In this document: piece after piece, positions 22,529-33,289 of the stretch | How the letters are laid out: each line of letters begins with the position of its first letter | Numbering within the stretch: position 1 is the stretch's first letter | Assembly: GCA_937967455.1 (NCBI GenBank) | Contig: CALCJK010000018.1 | Coordinates: 70,293 to 134,292 of the forward strand | Length of the DNA: 64,000 nt | Source of the DNA: an uncultured bacterium | GTDB taxonomy: Bacteria > Bacteroidota > Ignavibacteria > UBA10030 > BY39 | Reading direction: 5' to 3' | The notes under the pieces: model-generated | Told to the model about the DNA's origin: nothing | The model's input: the letters and a program-made list of their open reading frames with translations, nothing else | Database searches by the model: none | Translations under genes and position numbers: made by a program

Positions 22529-23530
22529 ATGAACAATATCAAAAAAAAGAGAGCCGCTATAACTGCGGTTGCACATTATGTACCTGATAAGGTTTTAAGC
22601 AATTTCGATCTCGAAAAGATGGTCGATACCACAGATGAATGGATTGTGACACGAACAGGAATAAGAGAAAGGAGAATATTAGAAAAAGGTGCATCTTCAG
22701 ATATGGCTGCTGAAGCAATAAAAAATCTTCTAAAAATTAGAAATATCTCTCCTGAAGAGATTGAAATCATTATTGTGGCTACTGTAACACCAGATATGTT
22801 ATTTCCTCCAACAGCTACAATTGTTCAAAGAAAAATTGGTGCAAAGAATGCCTGGGGATTTGATATGGAAGCTGCCTGCTCTGGTTTTCTCTACGCACTC
22901 ATAACTGGTGCACAATTCATTGAGACTGGAAACTATAAAAAAGTTCTGATAGTTGGTAGCGATAAAATGAGCTCAATAACAGATTACACAGACAGAAATA
23001 ATTGCATTTTATTTGGAGATGCAGCAGGTGCAGTATTATTAGAACCTTCAGAGGATGAAAATGTTGGTATTTTAGATCATATTTTTTATTGCGATGGGAC
23101 AGGCGAAGAATTTCTACATATGAAAGCAGGAGGGAGTTTAAATCCACCAACACATGAAACCGTAGATAAAAAATGGCATTACATATATCAAGACGGAAAA
23201 ACCGTATTTAAAGTTGCCGTAGTTGGAATGGCAGATGTATCAGAAGAAATTTTAAAAAAGAACAAATTAACAGGCAACGACATAGATTATTTTGTACCTC
23301 ATCAAGCTAATCTCAGAATTATCGATGCAGCTGCAAAAAGGTTGGGTATTGATTATTCCAAAGTAATGATTAACATCGACAAATATGGAAACACAACCGC
23401 TGCAACAATTCCACTTTGCTTATCAGAATGGTGGCAGGCAGGAAAACTAAAAAAAGGTAACACACTTGTTTTATCAAGTTTTGGTGCAGGTTATACCTGG
23501 GGTGCAATATTATTAAAATGGGCTTATTAA
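22529..23530 (+). CDS. fabH: 3-oxoacyl-ACP synthase III
   Basis: [30 protein letters not shown]. Confidence 0.96.
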   Translation: MNNIKKKRAAITAVAHYVPDKVLSNFDLEKMVDTTDEWIVTRTGIRERRILEKGASSDMAAEAIKNLLKIRNISPEEIEIIIVATVTPDMLFPPTATIVQRKIGAKNAWGFDMEAACSGFLYALITGAQFIETGNYKKVLIVGSDKMSSITDYTDRNNCILFGDAAGAVLLEPSEDENVGILDHIFYCDGTGEEFLHMKAGGSLNPPTHETVDKKWHYIYQDGKTVFKVAVVGMADVSEEILKKNKLTGNDIDYFVPHQANLRIIDAAAKRLGIDYSKVMINIDKYGNTTAATIPLCLSEWWQAGKLKKGNTLVLSSFGAGYTWGAILLKWAY

Positions 23531-23531
23531 A

Positions 23532-24446
23532 ATGAACAGCATAGCTGTCATATTCCCCGGTCAGGGCTCACAATATGTTGGAATGGGAAAAGATTTATAT
23601 GATAACATTCCAAAAGCCAGGGAATTGTTTCAGAAAGCTGATGAAATTTTGGGATTTAACCTGAGTAGAATTTGTTTCGAAGGACCGGAAGAAGAATTAA
23701 AACAAACTAAAAACACTCAACCCGCAATTTTTCTTCACAGCTATATACTTACTCAACTCGTACAAAACTTACAAGCAAAATATACAGCAGGCCATTCGCT
23801 AGGTGAATATACAGCATTAGTATTTGCAGGTTCAATAACTTTTGAAGATGGATTAAAACTTGTCCGTTTAAGAGGTGAACTTATGCAAAAGGCTGGTGAA
23901 GAGTCGAAAGGTAGCCTTGCTGCAGTTGTAGGTTTGGAAGCTTCGGTACTAGAGGAAATATGTAAAAAAGCGAGTGAAAAAGGTGTTGTTCAATGTGCAA
24001 ATTTCAATTCCCCAGGGCAAATCGTGATTAGCGGCTCAGTTGCAGGATTACAAACGGCAATGCAAATGGCAAAAGAAGCCGGTGCGAAAATGGTAAAAGA
24101 ATTGCCCGTTAGTGGTGCATTTCATTCACCTCTTATGGCTTCAGCAAAAGATGGCTTGAGCAAAGCAATTGATAATACTCAATTTTCTAACGCAAAAATA
24201 CCAGTATATACAAATGTTACAGGTAAACCGATAAACAGTCCAATTGACATCAAATCTGCACTAAAAGAGCAACTAACAAGTGCTGTGCAGTGGGAAAAAT
24301 CTATAAAAAATATGATTAATGATGGTGCCGAAGAATTTATAGAAATTGGTCCTGGAAAAGTTTTACAAGGCTTAATCAAACGAATTGCCCCAAATACAAA
24401 AACCATTGGTATCGAAAAAATTTTAGACCTAAGTTTATTCAACTAA
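23532..24446 (+). CDS. fabD: Malonyl-CoA:ACP transacylase
   Basis: FPGQGSQ, GHSLGEY, VSGAFHS, EIGPGKVL. Confidence 0.96.
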   Translation: MNSIAVIFPGQGSQYVGMGKDLYDNIPKARELFQKADEILGFNLSRICFEGPEEELKQTKNTQPAIFLHSYILTQLVQNLQAKYTAGHSLGEYTALVFAGSITFEDGLKLVRLRGELMQKAGEESKGSLAAVVGLEASVLEEICKKASEKGVVQCANFNSPGQIVISGSVAGLQTAMQMAKEAGAKMVKELPVSGAFHSPLMASAKDGLSKAIDNTQFSNAKIPVYTNVTGKPINSPIDIKSALKEQLTSAVQWEKSIKNMINDGAEEFIEIGPGKVLQGLIKRIAPNTKTIGIEKILDLSLFN

Positions 24447-25037
24447 ATGAAGCAAGACTTATTACAAATCAAAGGATACAAAATTGATCCTATAATCTTT
24501 GAATTAAGATTTGAGAAATCTTCACCTGATCATTGCCTTGGTTTATGTTGCAAAAGCGGTGTATGGGTTAGTTTGAACGAAAAGAATACAATCCTTGATC
24601 ATAAAGATCTAATTAAGCAATTTATGGATCAAACTCAGACAAAAGACGAAACTATCTGGTTTGAAAACAATATAACAAGCGATGAAGATTTTCCAGAAGG
24701 ATTATGTGATTCCACTAATGTATTTAATGATAAATGCGTTTTTTTAAATAAAGAATTTAAATGTGTATTACAGATTGCTGCAGTTGAAAATGGTTTTGAT
24801 ATATTTAAATTCAAGCCATACTTTTGTATAACTTTTCCTGTGGTTATATCACAGCATACAATTACTTATGATGATTTTTTATTAGACATTGCACCTTGTT
24901 GCAGTGCTAAAAAATCAAATAATCCTAATTTTATAGAATGCTGTAAGATGGAACTCTTGCATATAATAGGAAAAGATGGTTATATTAAGCTAAAAGAAAT
25001 AGAAAAAAGCTATAAAAATGAAAGAATTAGAAAATAA
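24447..25037 (+). CDS. Cys-rich DUF3109-like protein
   Basis: C.GLCC..G, CVFL, CVLQ, KPYFCITFP. Confidence 0.6.
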   Translation: MKQDLLQIKGYKIDPIIFELRFEKSSPDHCLGLCCKSGVWVSLNEKNTILDHKDLIKQFMDQTQTKDETIWFENNITSDEDFPEGLCDSTNVFNDKCVFLNKEFKCVLQIAAVENGFDIFKFKPYFCITFPVVISQHTITYDDFLLDIAPCCSAKKSNNPNFIECCKMELLHIIGKDGYIKLKEIEKSYKNERIRK

Positions 25038-25764
25038 AGTTGCAATTATAACTGGTGCGGCTCGTGGAATTGGGAAAGCAATAGCTAAAGAACTTGCACA
25101 ATCAGGAGCCAAAATTGCGATTACCGACATTGCATCTGATGCTGATCTTGATGCGGCAAAAGAGGAAATCGGAACCGCTGGAGTTGAAACAATTGCATTC
25201 AGATCAAACGCTGCATCATTTTCTGAAACTCAAACAGTAGTCGATAAAATTTATGAATATTACAAAAGAATTGATATATTGGTAAATAATGCAGGTATTA
25301 CAAAAGATAATCTTCTTTTAAGAATGAGTGAAGAAGATTGGGATCTTGTTATTAATGTTAATTTAAAAAGTGTTTTTAATTATACAAAAGCTGTAATAAA
25401 ATATATGATGAGTCAAAAATCAGGTAAGATAATAAGCATTGCATCAGTTGTTGGACTTATGGGAAATGCAGGACAAGCTAATTATGCAGCTTCAAAGGCT
25501 GGAATTGTTGGTTTTACAAAATCAATAGCTCGGGAAGTAGCATCAAGAAATATTCAGGTAAACGCAGTAGCACCTGGCTATGTCGAAACACCGATGACTG
25601 AGAAATTAACACCTGAACAAAGAAAGGCACTTACTGATATCATTCCAATGAAGAGAACAGCTCATCCTGAAGAAATTGCAAAGGTAGTAAGGTTTTTAGC
25701 TTCACCAGAATCTGATTATATTACTGGTGAAGTTATCAGTATTAACGGTGGTTTATATATGTAA
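25018..25764 (+). CDS. fabG: 3-oxoacyl-ACP reductase
   Basis: TGAARGIG, NNAGITKD, NYAASKAG. Confidence 0.95.
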   Translation: MKELENKVAIITGAARGIGKAIAKELAQSGAKIAITDIASDADLDAAKEEIGTAGVETIAFRSNAASFSETQTVVDKIYEYYKRIDILVNNAGITKDNLLLRMSEEDWDLVINVNLKSVFNYTKAVIKYMMSQKSGKIISIASVVGLMGNAGQANYAASKAGIVGFTKSIAREVASRNIQVNAVAPGYVETPMTEKLTPEQRKALTDIIPMKRTAHPEEIAKVVRFLASPESDYITGEVISINGGLYM

Positions 25765-25815
25765 AAAAGAAAATAGTTAATCATTAATATTCACAAAAAC
25801 AAAGGAGAAACAATA

Positions 25816-26052
25816 ATGAGTGATATTAGCGCAAAAGTAAAAGAAATAATAATGAACAAACTGGGTGTTGAAGAATCGGCTGTAACACCGGAAGCTTCTT
25901 TTACAAACGATTTAGGTGCAGATTCCCTGGATACTGTAGAACTTGTAATGGAATTTGAAAAAGCATTTAATATTCAGATTCCAGACGAAGATGCAGAAAA
26001 AATTAGCACCGTAGGTGATGCAATTAATTACTTAACTCAAAAATTAGGTTAA
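25816..26052 (+). CDS. acpP: Acyl carrier protein
   Basis: [23 protein letters not shown]. Confidence 0.97.
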   Translation: MSDISAKVKEIIMNKLGVEESAVTPEASFTNDLGADSLDTVELVMEFEKAFNIQIPDEDAEKISTVGDAINYLTQKLG

Positions 26053-26065
26053 AATATTATAGCCA

Positions 26066-27328
26066 ATGGGAATTCAAAATATAAAAAAACGTGTCGTAAT
26101 TACAGGTATTGGAGCAGTAACTCCAATTGGGAATAATGTAGATGATTTCTGGAAAAATTTAATTGCGGGTAAAAGTGGAGTTGGAAACATTACAAGCTTC
26201 GATACCAAGGATTACGATACAAAAATAGCAGCTGAAATAAAAGGCTTTGATCCTACTTTATACATCGATAAAAAATCGGTTAAAAGAATGGACCCTTTCA
26301 CTCATTATGCATTAGCATCAGCTGAGATGGCTTTTCAAGATTCGAATTTAAATCTCGAAAAGGAAAATAAGGATCGCATAGGTGTAATTTTTGGATCAGG
26401 GATTGGAGGTATGTGGACATATTATTATCAAACAAGGGAATTATTTTTCAATGGTCCTCAAAGAGTCAGTCCACTTTTTGTACCTATGATGATATCTGAT
26501 ATTGCAGCTGGATATATCTCAATGCGATATGGGATTAAAGGGCCAAATTATGCTACAACATCAGCATGCGCGACTTCTTCACATGCGATAGCCAGCTCGT
26601 TTTTACATATACAGCGTGGAGATGCTGATGTAATGTTCTGTGGTGGTTCAGAGGCTGCTATATGTCCCATTGGCATAGCTGGCTTTAACTCTATGAAAGC
26701 AATGTCAACTCGTAACGATGAACCAGAAAAAGCAAGTCGCCCATTCGATGCATTACGAGATGGATTTGTAATGGGCGAAGGTGGCGCTGTTTTAATCCTT
26801 GAAGAACTTGAACATGCCCTAAACAGAGGAGCAAAAATATACGCCGAGCTTAATGGGATCGGCCTTACAGCTGACGCATATCATATCACAGCACCGGCTC
26901 CAGGTGGTGAAGGAGCAGTCCGTTCGATAACTCTAGCAATAAAAGATGCCAATTTAAAACCAACAGATGTTGATTACATAAATGCACATGGGACATCAAC
27001 GCCACTTAACGATAAAACAGAAACCGAAGCAATTAAAACAGTATTCGGAGATCATGCTTACAAACTCTTAATTAGTTCAAATAAATCTATGATAGGACAT
27101 TTGTTAGGAGCAGCTGGTGCAGTAGAAGCTGTTGCGACAATCAAAACGATTACAGATGGAATCGTTCCACCAACAATTAATTTAGAAAATCCCGACCCAG
27201 AGTGCGACTTAAACTATGTTCCAAATATTGCAGTCAAAAAAGAAATTAAAGTTGCAATTAGTAACACATTTGGTTTCGGGGGTCATAATGCCTCACTACT
27301 TTTTACAAAATTCAATGAAAAATTTTAA
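26066..27328 (+). CDS. fabF: 3-oxoacyl-ACP synthase II
   Basis: [37 protein letters not shown]. Confidence 0.96.
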   Translation: MGIQNIKKRVVITGIGAVTPIGNNVDDFWKNLIAGKSGVGNITSFDTKDYDTKIAAEIKGFDPTLYIDKKSVKRMDPFTHYALASAEMAFQDSNLNLEKENKDRIGVIFGSGIGGMWTYYYQTRELFFNGPQRVSPLFVPMMISDIAAGYISMRYGIKGPNYATTSACATSSHAIASSFLHIQRGDADVMFCGGSEAAICPIGIAGFNSMKAMSTRNDEPEKASRPFDALRDGFVMGEGGAVLILEELEHALNRGAKIYAELNGIGLTADAYHITAPAPGGEGAVRSITLAIKDANLKPTDVDYINAHGTSTPLNDKTETEAIKTVFGDHAYKLLISSNKSMIGHLLGAAGAVEAVATIKTITDGIVPPTINLENPDPECDLNYVPNIAVKKEIKVAISNTFGFGGHNASLLFTKFNEKF

Positions 27329-27330
27329 GA

Positions 27331-28116
27331 ATGCTTTTCCTGAAAATATGGCAAAAATTCTTTGATCATAAAGAAAAGAAACAAAAACTTGAAATACCCG
27401 AAAATTATAAGAGAATCAACCTGAAAAAATTTGAAAAAATTTCCGGGTATAAAATTAACAATCCAATATTCTTTTATCAAGCCTTCACTCACCGCTCTTA
27501 CTTACAATATATCAATAAAACAGATGTATTATCAAACGAAAGGTTAGAATTTTTAGGAGATTCAATACTTAACTTAATTGTAGCAGAGTATCTCTATTCT
27601 AATTATTCAAATGCTGACGAAGGTGAACTTACCAAAATGCGTTCACGCCTTGTTAATCGTACAGCGCTTGCCACATATGCACGAAATATCAATTTGTGGG
27701 ATTTTTTACTTCTTAGCTCAAGCGCAAGTCAAACAAGTGGACAAGGATTAGATACAATACTTGCTGATGCATTTGAAGCAGTGCTGGGTGCCATGTATTT
27801 AGATAGCGGATTTGAGCAAATTCGAAAATTTATACAAAAGTGCATCACCACAGCAATTAAATCAAACTCTATAAACATTGAAGATACAAATTATAAAAGT
27901 ATATTACTTGAATATGCACAATCTAAAGGTTATGGTCCTCCAAAATACACAACTATTCAGGTAGATGGACCCGACCATGATAGAATTTTTACAGTAGAAG
28001 TAATTGTAAACAATGAATCTTGCGGAATTGGCAAAGGTAGAAATAAAAAGGCAGCAGAACAACAAGCTGCTGCAATCGCCCTAGAAAATTTAAAAGGAAA
28101 ATTTGAAAATGCCTGA
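27331..28116 (+). CDS. rnc: Ribonuclease III
   Basis: [17 protein letters not shown]-terminal dsRBD. Confidence 0.95.
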   Translation: MLFLKIWQKFFDHKEKKQKLEIPENYKRINLKKFEKISGYKINNPIFFYQAFTHRSYLQYINKTDVLSNERLEFLGDSILNLIVAEYLYSNYSNADEGELTKMRSRLVNRTALATYARNINLWDFLLLSSSASQTSGQGLDTILADAFEAVLGAMYLDSGFEQIRKFIQKCITTAIKSNSINIEDTNYKSILLEYAQSKGYGPPKYTTIQVDGPDHDRIFTVEVIVNNESCGIGKGRNKKAAEQQAAAIALENLKGKFENA

Positions 28117-29554
28117 AAAATTAATATTTGAAAAAAGTAAATCTGATAGAAAAGGTTATACTCTTCCTAAGTTAGATGTCCCTGAACAACCGCTCGATAA
28201 ATTAATTCATTCAAAATTTCTGCGTAAAACTGAGCCTGCATTACCAGAATTAAGCGAAAATGAAGTAATCCGCCACTATATTCGACTTTCGTTAATGAAT
28301 TATCATATCGACAAAGGATTCTATCCTCTTGGTTCTTGCACAATGAAATACAATCCGAAAGTTAATGAATATGTGGCTTCACTACCAGGATTTGCAAATC
28401 TACATCCCCTAGAACCTGAAGAGTTAGTACAAGGTGCACTAAAATTAATGTACGAACTTGGAACATATTTAAAATCTATAACTGGAATGAAAGGTATTAC
28501 TCTTCAGCCAGCTGCTGGTGCACAGGGAGAACTCACAAGCTTGTTAATGTTTAGAGCATATCATAACTCTTTAGGAAAACCAAGAAATATTATACTTGTC
28601 CCTGATTCTGCTCACGGAACTAATCCAGCCAGTGTAACTATATCTGGATTTAGAGCTGTCAGCATCAAATCTAATTCTGAAGGAACAATAGACCTGGAAG
28701 ATTTAAAAAGAAATTTGAACGAAGATGTTGCTGGCATAATGATAACAAATCCAAATACATTAGGCATTTTCGAAAACAACATATTAGAAATTGAAAAGCT
28801 GGTTCACCAGGTGGGCGCATTAATGTATATGGATGGTGCAAATCTAAATGCATTATTGGGTATCGTTAGACCAGGCGATATGGGATTCGACGCAGTACAC
28901 ATTAACTTACATAAAACATTTTCAACACCTCACGGTGGTGGTGGACCTGGAGCAGGACCAGTTGCAGTAAGTAACCGACTTGAACCATTCCTTCCTGTCC
29001 CACAAATTGTTAAAAACAAAAATTCATATCAACTTATTGATAATTTACCCAAATCGATAGGTAAAGTACATTCGTTTTACGGAAACTTTGGAATTATGCT
29101 AAGGGCATACACTTACATTCGTATGATCGGATCAGATGGATTAAGACAAATCAGCGAAAATGCAATTATTAATGCTAATTACCTTTTAAGTAAATTAAAA
29201 GACCATTTTGAACTTCCTTATAAAAATACACCAATGCATGAGTTCGTACTCTCCGGTGAAAAGCAAAAACAAATGGGTGTGAAAGTATTAGACATAGCCA
29301 AGCGTTTGTTAGATTATGGCTTTCACGCTCCAACAACTTACTTCCCATTAATTGTAAAAGAAGCACTTATGATTGAACCAACAGAAACTGAAACAAAAGA
29401 AACTTTAGATGCTTTCGCTGAAGCTCTAATTAAAATAAATGAAGAAATTCATAATAATCCACAAATTGTACTTACAGCTCCACAAAATACTCCGGTAAAG
29501 CGACTCGATGATGCTCGAGGAACAAAACAACTTAATGTATGTTACAAAGAATAA
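28109..29554 (+). CDS. gcvPB: Glycine dehydrogenase (decarboxylating) subunit 2
   Basis: [47 protein letters not shown]. Confidence 0.95.
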   Translation: MPEKLIFEKSKSDRKGYTLPKLDVPEQPLDKLIHSKFLRKTEPALPELSENEVIRHYIRLSLMNYHIDKGFYPLGSCTMKYNPKVNEYVASLPGFANLHPLEPEELVQGALKLMYELGTYLKSITGMKGITLQPAAGAQGELTSLLMFRAYHNSLGKPRNIILVPDSAHGTNPASVTISGFRAVSIKSNSEGTIDLEDLKRNLNEDVAGIMITNPNTLGIFENNILEIEKLVHQVGALMYMDGANLNALLGIVRPGDMGFDAVHINLHKTFSTPHGGGGPGAGPVAVSNRLEPFLPVPQIVKNKNSYQLIDNLPKSIGKVHSFYGNFGIMLRAYTYIRMIGSDGLRQISENAIINANYLLSKLKDHFELPYKNTPMHEFVLSGEKQKQMGVKVLDIAKRLLDYGFHAPTTYFPLIVKEALMIEPTETETKETLDAFAEALIKINEEIHNNPQIVLTAPQNTPVKRLDDARGTKQLNVCYKE

Positions 29555-29556
29555 AA

Positions 29557-29688
29557 TTAGCCAATACCGATGTAGATTTAACCTTGAAAAATATAAAGAC
29601 AATCGCTGTTGTCTGGAGTTCTCCATCAAATACTAGAGATAGTTACCACATCACAAAATATTTAATCGAAATTGTAATTAACAAATGA
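29557..29688 (+). pseudogene. Relic of the N-terminus of a YccU-like CoA-binding protein
   Basis: Intergenic frame reads VDLTLKNIKTIAVVWSSPSNTRDSYHITKYLIE, like the YccU start (L..K.IAVVG.S....R.SY.V..YL); no start codon and no remainder. Confidence 0.45.
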
Positions 29689-31010
29689 AAATTTTTATCA
29701 TATCATTATTGATATGCATGATGATTCCCATTCTTAGCTACTCACAAAAAGGAATTTATCAAAACTCAAATCAAGAAATAATCGGTATTGTTGATAGTAT
29801 ACTAATTTTAGGCAACACTAAAACTAAAGCATTTATAATCCTTCGCGAAATAAAAATCTATCCAGGAGATACCTTAACACAATTAATCATTGATGAAACA
29901 AAAAATCGACTCTACAGTCTACAACTCTTTAACAGCGTTGATATATTTACTTATCCAAAAGAAAAAAATCATTATGATGTAATTATTCAAGTTAACGAAA
30001 GATGGTTTATCTATCCTGTACCAATATTTGGTATAAAAGATCATGATTGGAAAAAATTATACTATGGAATTGCACTTCTCAATACAAATTTCAGAGGAAT
30101 GAACGAGAAAATTTATTTATTTGGGAACCTGGGATATGAACCATCGCTTCAAATATTTTATAGAACTCCAAACCTAACTCTATTTCAAGGTGGATTTTTA
30201 GAATTCACTTTATCGCTTTCAAAAGCTGAAAATCGCAGTATAAATGTTCCAGTTATAACAAAAAACTTCAATATTAAAAATTACAACACGTACATATCCT
30301 TAGGAAAAAGATTAAATCTGCATCAAGATATCTGGATGAATTTTGGATATCAAATATTAGAGGTAGATAAAGAGTTTTCAACAGCTACATTAAATAAATC
30401 CGGCATTGATTATTTTCCAATTTTGGGACTGGGTTATAGATATGACACTCGAGATTTAAACGATTTTACAATGTCAGGAACTTTTTTTAATTATCAATTA
30501 AAAAAATTTGGGTTCTTCCAGAAAAATATAAACTATTCAAAAAACTATTTTGATTTGAGAAAATATATTCCAATAATTAAACAAATTACCTTTGCCTTTA
30601 GAAATTATTTAGTATTATCGCACGGTAAAAAAATTCCCAGCTACAACCTAAACCATTTGGGTTATAGTGAAAAGATAAGAGGTCATTTTTCAAAAATTTT
30701 TGAGGGAGAAAATATTATTAATGCATCAGCTGAATTAAGAATATTGATTATCGAACCAAAATATATTAATATAGATTTTATTCCAATACCAGAGTTTAAT
30801 ACATGGAAATTTGGAATTGCAACAGTATTATTTGCAGATGCAGGTAAAGTCTGGGATAATAAAGACCAATTTAGATGGACTAATTTAATTAAAGGTTATG
30901 GTTTTGGTGTCAACTTTATATTACCTTATCATCTAGTTTTTAGAATCGAATATGGTTTAAACGAAAAAAAACAAAGCGAATTTATATTTGACCTGTATTC
31001 TTCTTTTTAG
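29685..31010 (+). CDS. BamA/TamA-family outer-membrane protein with POTRA domain
   Basis: GNTKTK..IILRE POTRA start, NFRG, IRG, FADAGKVW, GYGFG, terminal Phe. Confidence 0.75.
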   Translation: MKIFIISLLICMMIPILSYSQKGIYQNSNQEIIGIVDSILILGNTKTKAFIILREIKIYPGDTLTQLIIDETKNRLYSLQLFNSVDIFTYPKEKNHYDVIIQVNERWFIYPVPIFGIKDHDWKKLYYGIALLNTNFRGMNEKIYLFGNLGYEPSLQIFYRTPNLTLFQGGFLEFTLSLSKAENRSINVPVITKNFNIKNYNTYISLGKRLNLHQDIWMNFGYQILEVDKEFSTATLNKSGIDYFPILGLGYRYDTRDLNDFTMSGTFFNYQLKKFGFFQKNINYSKNYFDLRKYIPIIKQITFAFRNYLVLSHGKKIPSYNLNHLGYSEKIRGHFSKIFEGENIINASAELRILIIEPKYINIDFIPIPEFNTWKFGIATVLFADAGKVWDNKDQFRWTNLIKGYGFGVNFILPYHLVFRIEYGLNEKKQSEFIFDLYSSF

Positions 31011-31022
31011 GAAGATATTTTT

Positions 31023-31739
31023 ATGTTAGATTATTTTTACACACAACCAGAATTTATAAAATCAGGCTTAATTATAATAACTGAAGATGAATTTAACCAT
31101 CTCGTACATGTAATGAGGAAAAAGATTGGTGATTCTATAATGATTGTTGATGGTAGAGGTAATGCGTATGAAGCAACAATAGTTGATATCCATAAAAAGC
31201 AAGCGGAAGCAAGAATATTAAAAAAATATCATAATCATAACGAACCAGAAATTAAACTCACATTAGCAATAGGTATTTTAAAAAATCCATCAAAGTATGA
31301 TTTTTTGGTTGAAAAAACTGTTGAAATAGGGGTATACGAAATAATTCCAATTTTCACCGAGCGCACAATACCTAAACATGCTAAAACAGATAGATGGCAA
31401 AAACTTGCGATTGCCGCGATGAAACAATGTGGAAGATCTTTTCTCCCGAATATTTCCGAACCAATGAATATAAAGGACCTGATTGAAAGTTCAGGAGATT
31501 ATTCTGAGAAAATCCTTCTACATAATCTTATCAATCCCCGACATAAAATATATACTTTAAAATCTATTCTTTCACAAAATCTTAAAGATGCATTAATTCT
31601 AATTGGACCGGAAGGTGGCATTACTGATAATGAAGTGGAGCTTGCTGTTAATAATGGATTTAAAATTGTTTCATTAGGCTCACGAAGATTGCGTACTGAA
31701 ACAGCTGCAATTGTTATCAGTACGATTTTGTTAGTATAA
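31023..31739 (+). CDS. rsmE: 16S rRNA m3U1498 methyltransferase
   Basis: HLVHVMR, EKTVEIG, MKQCGR, IGPEGG, LGSRRLRTETA. Confidence 0.93.
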   Translation: MLDYFYTQPEFIKSGLIIITEDEFNHLVHVMRKKIGDSIMIVDGRGNAYEATIVDIHKKQAEARILKKYHNHNEPEIKLTLAIGILKNPSKYDFLVEKTVEIGVYEIIPIFTERTIPKHAKTDRWQKLAIAAMKQCGRSFLPNISEPMNIKDLIESSGDYSEKILLHNLINPRHKIYTLKSILSQNLKDALILIGPEGGITDNEVELAVNNGFKIVSLGSRRLRTETAAIVISTILLV

Positions 31740-31745
31740 ATAAAA

Positions 31746-31922
31746 CTACTTTTTAAAAGCAAGACACTTTGCATTTCTAGAATTATAATTCTTAAAGTAT
31801 CTACAATAGATTGCAATTTCCCTTCTACAATCACCCGATACAGACTTATCAGCAAAACCAGCGTACTTACAATTAAAATCACAATAATTTGGAAAAGTGT
31901 ATTTTTTTTGATTAAATTTCAT
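31746..31922 (-). CDS. Unannotated 58-aa Cys-rich small protein
   Basis: MKFNQKKYTFPNYCDFNCKYAGFADKSVSGDCRREIAIYCRYFKNYNSRNAKCLAFKK; fills the intergenic gap; 5 Cys; shorter than any ORF in the supplied track. Confidence 0.6.
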   Translation of the reverse strand: MKFNQKKYTFPNYCDFNCKYAGFADKSVSGDCRREIAIYCRYFKNYNSRNAKCLAFKK

Positions 31923-31951
31923 AAGTTTAATTTAATAAAAGCAAAACAATT

Positions 31952-32494
31952 ATGCACAATTTAATTCCTTTTGAAAAATCAAGCGATATTTTGATAAAAT
32001 ATAAAAATACTCCAATAGAATTGTTATTAGAATATCATAATATTAATAAACCTTTCGAAATTTATAGTGCTGCTCAACTACTTATTGGAATGTGTATGGA
32101 TAATAGAAAAAAACTAAATATACCCGACAATTTTGCTTACATATTAAGAACTGGAGGAGCGAATTTGAGATACAGTGAATTTAAAATTTCTTATGCTGTC
32201 GCAGTTGGAGGTGTAAAATTTATAGCACTCTTAGGTCACAACAATTGTGGTATGGTTAATTTAATGTCTAAAAAAGAAAAATTTATTAAAGGATTAATAG
32301 AGAACGCCGGCTGGGATCAAAAATCAGCAGAGGAACATTTTATAAATTTTGCTCCAATGTTTGAAATAGAAAGTGAGATAAACTTTTTAGTAAGCGAGGC
32401 AAAAAGATTAAGAACTCGTTATCCCAAAATAATCACTGCACCGCTTTTCTACATACTTGAAGAAAACAAAATTTATCAAATTCAAGAAGAGTAA
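31952..32494 (+). CDS. Beta-class carbonic anhydrase
   Basis: CMDNR, RTGGAN, GHNNCG zinc ligands. Confidence 0.8.
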   Translation: MHNLIPFEKSSDILIKYKNTPIELLLEYHNINKPFEIYSAAQLLIGMCMDNRKKLNIPDNFAYILRTGGANLRYSEFKISYAVAVGGVKFIALLGHNNCGMVNLMSKKEKFIKGLIENAGWDQKSAEEHFINFAPMFEIESEINFLVSEAKRLRTRYPKIITAPLFYILEENKIYQIQEE

Positions 32495-33223
32495 ATGTCA
32501 TTAACTTTAAAAATCGGTTGCTGTGGCTGGGGATATTTAAAACCCCTAAATTTACCAATAAAAAAAGTATTTCCAAATCAAAGTTTATTGCAATCTTATG
32601 CAACTATTTTTGACACAGTCGAAATAAACTATACATTTTATAAAATTCCACAAACAAAAACCGTGATAAAATGGCGCCAGGAAGTTGACGCCATCAATCC
32701 CAATTTTGAATTTACTATAAAAGCTTTCCAAATTATCACACACAAGCTTAGATTTAGAGATGCTTCTATCAGATATTTTGATACACTAATTGAGCTATGT
32801 AAACTTTTAAACGCAAAAATAATTTTATTTCAGACACCAGCTTCATTTATTCCTAAAGATGAAAATCTTTTATTGTTTGACAATTTCTTTAAAAATATCA
32901 AGAGGGAAAATTTTATCCTGGTATGGGAACCAAGAGGAAACTGGAACTTTGATACCGTTAAAGAACTCTGTAAAAAATATAACTTAATTCACTGCGTAGA
33001 TATTTTTATGAATAATCCTTTTATTATGAAAAAGCAAAAAATTTTATATTTTAGATTGCATGGCCTTGGTAAAAAAATGTATTTATACAAATTTAACGAA
33101 AATGAACTTCATCAATTAAATAGAAAATTAAAAGAAATTTCTCAAGATCACAAAACCGCATATATATTTTTTAACAATACTAATTGTTATGAAGATGCAT
33201 TCCTATTTAAGAAAATTGTATAA
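32495..33223 (+). CDS. DUF72 family protein
   Basis: IGCCGW, VEINYTFY, KAFQIITH, EPRG, YFRLHG, FFNN. Confidence 0.85.
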   Translation: MSLTLKIGCCGWGYLKPLNLPIKKVFPNQSLLQSYATIFDTVEINYTFYKIPQTKTVIKWRQEVDAINPNFEFTIKAFQIITHKLRFRDASIRYFDTLIELCKLLNAKIILFQTPASFIPKDENLLLFDNFFKNIKRENFILVWEPRGNWNFDTVKELCKKYNLIHCVDIFMNNPFIMKKQKILYFRLHGLGKKMYLYKFNENELHQLNRKLKEISQDHKTAYIFFNNTNCYEDAFLFKKIV

Positions 33224-33289
33224 TTTTTCTATAAATTAAGTTTTTCTTATTATTAAATTCACACAAACAAAAACAAAGGTACCAAAATA

